A stretch of 63,394 nt of DNA, counting the filler, from Chiloscyllium plagiosum (taxonomy: Eukaryota), in NCBI RefSeq assembly GCF_004010195.1. It is 4 parts of one record of this genome, joined end to end, with 100 filler letters (N's around TTAATTAATTAA, not from the genome) between each part and the next. Parts side by side here need not be neighbours in the genome. Positions count along the whole stretch, not along the records: positions 58,940 to 63,394 come from NC_057714.1; 3 more parts are not named here. One strand, written 5' to 3'. Numbering within the stretch: the stretch's first letter is position 1; each line of letters begins with the position of its first letter. The notes below the pieces were generated by a model. That model saw only the letters and a list, made by a program, of their open reading frames with translations, was not told where the DNA came from and ran no database searches. The position numbers and the translations under genes were made by a program. Of this stretch, positions 62,807 through 63,394 are shown piece after piece.

Positions 62807-63394
62807 CAGTGCTGAGGGAGAGCCGCACTGTCATAGGGTCAGTGCTGAGGGAGTGCAGCACTGTCATAGGGTCAGTGCTGAGGTAGAGCCGCACTGTTGG
62901 AGGGTCAGTGCTGAGGGAGTGCTGCACTGTCATAGGGTCAGTGCTGAGGGAGAGCCGCACTGTCATAGGGTCAGTGCTGTGGGAGTGCAGCACTGTCATA
63001 GGGTCAGTGCTGAGGTAGAGCCGCACTGTCGGAGGGTCAGTGCTGAGGGAGTGCTGCACTGTCATAGGGTCAGTGCTGAGGGAGAGCTGCACTGTATAAG
63101 GGCAAGTGCTGAGGGAGAGCCGCACTGTCATAGGGTCAGTGCTGAGGGAGAGCCGCACTGTCATAGGGTCAGTGCTGAGGGAGAGCCGCACTGTCATAGG
63201 GTCAGTGCTGAGGGAGAGCCGCACTGTCATAGGGTCAGTGCTGAGGGAGAGCCGCACTGTCATAGGGTCAGTGCTGAGGGAGAGCCGCACTGTCATAGGG
63301 TCAGTGCTGAGGGAGAGCCGCACTGTCATAGGGTCAGTGCTGAGGGAGTGCAGCACTGTCAGAGGGTCAGTGCTGAGGGAGAGCTGCACTGTCA
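62807..63394 (+). repeat. 33-bp minisatellite (~18 copies, runs off the window end)
   Basis: Unit CAGTGCTGAGGGAGAGCCGCACTGTCATAGGGT. Confidence 0.95.

Noticed and set aside
62514..63389. 291-aa minus-strand ORF of LSLSTDPMTVR repeats
   Set aside because: It is the translation of the 33-bp minisatellite (period divisible by 3). There is no other coding evidence.

Overview
Vertebrate genomic DNA, almost certainly an elasmobranch (shark). It carries HE1-type V-SINEs, HER1/CR1 LINEs and several Penelope-like element (PLE) families, and most of the window is decayed transposon sequence. The window is probably not one locus: three identical 100-bp spacers (44 N + TTAATTAATTAA + 44 N at 19055-19154, 49235-49334, 58840-58939) split it into four segments. 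The ORF track misses two recognisable host exons. One is a 99-bp internal exon of DPP6 (minus strand, 15932-16030). The other is the terminal coding exon of a class B1 GPCR of the VIP/PACAP/GHRH receptor group (plus strand, 62311-62502). The most system-like signal is four PLE-terminus families that all keep a minimal hammerhead-ribozyme-like core with co-varying helices, many as short fold-back insertions flanked by 11-16-bp target-site duplications. Also notable: a Gmr1-order (INT-RT-RH) Gypsy remnant, a composite TTAGGG/spacer array, a SINE-derived 33-bp minisatellite with a 132-bp higher-order repeat, and an orphan CpG-rich candidate exon. Family names come from recalled consensus motifs, not searches, and repeat boundaries are approximate.
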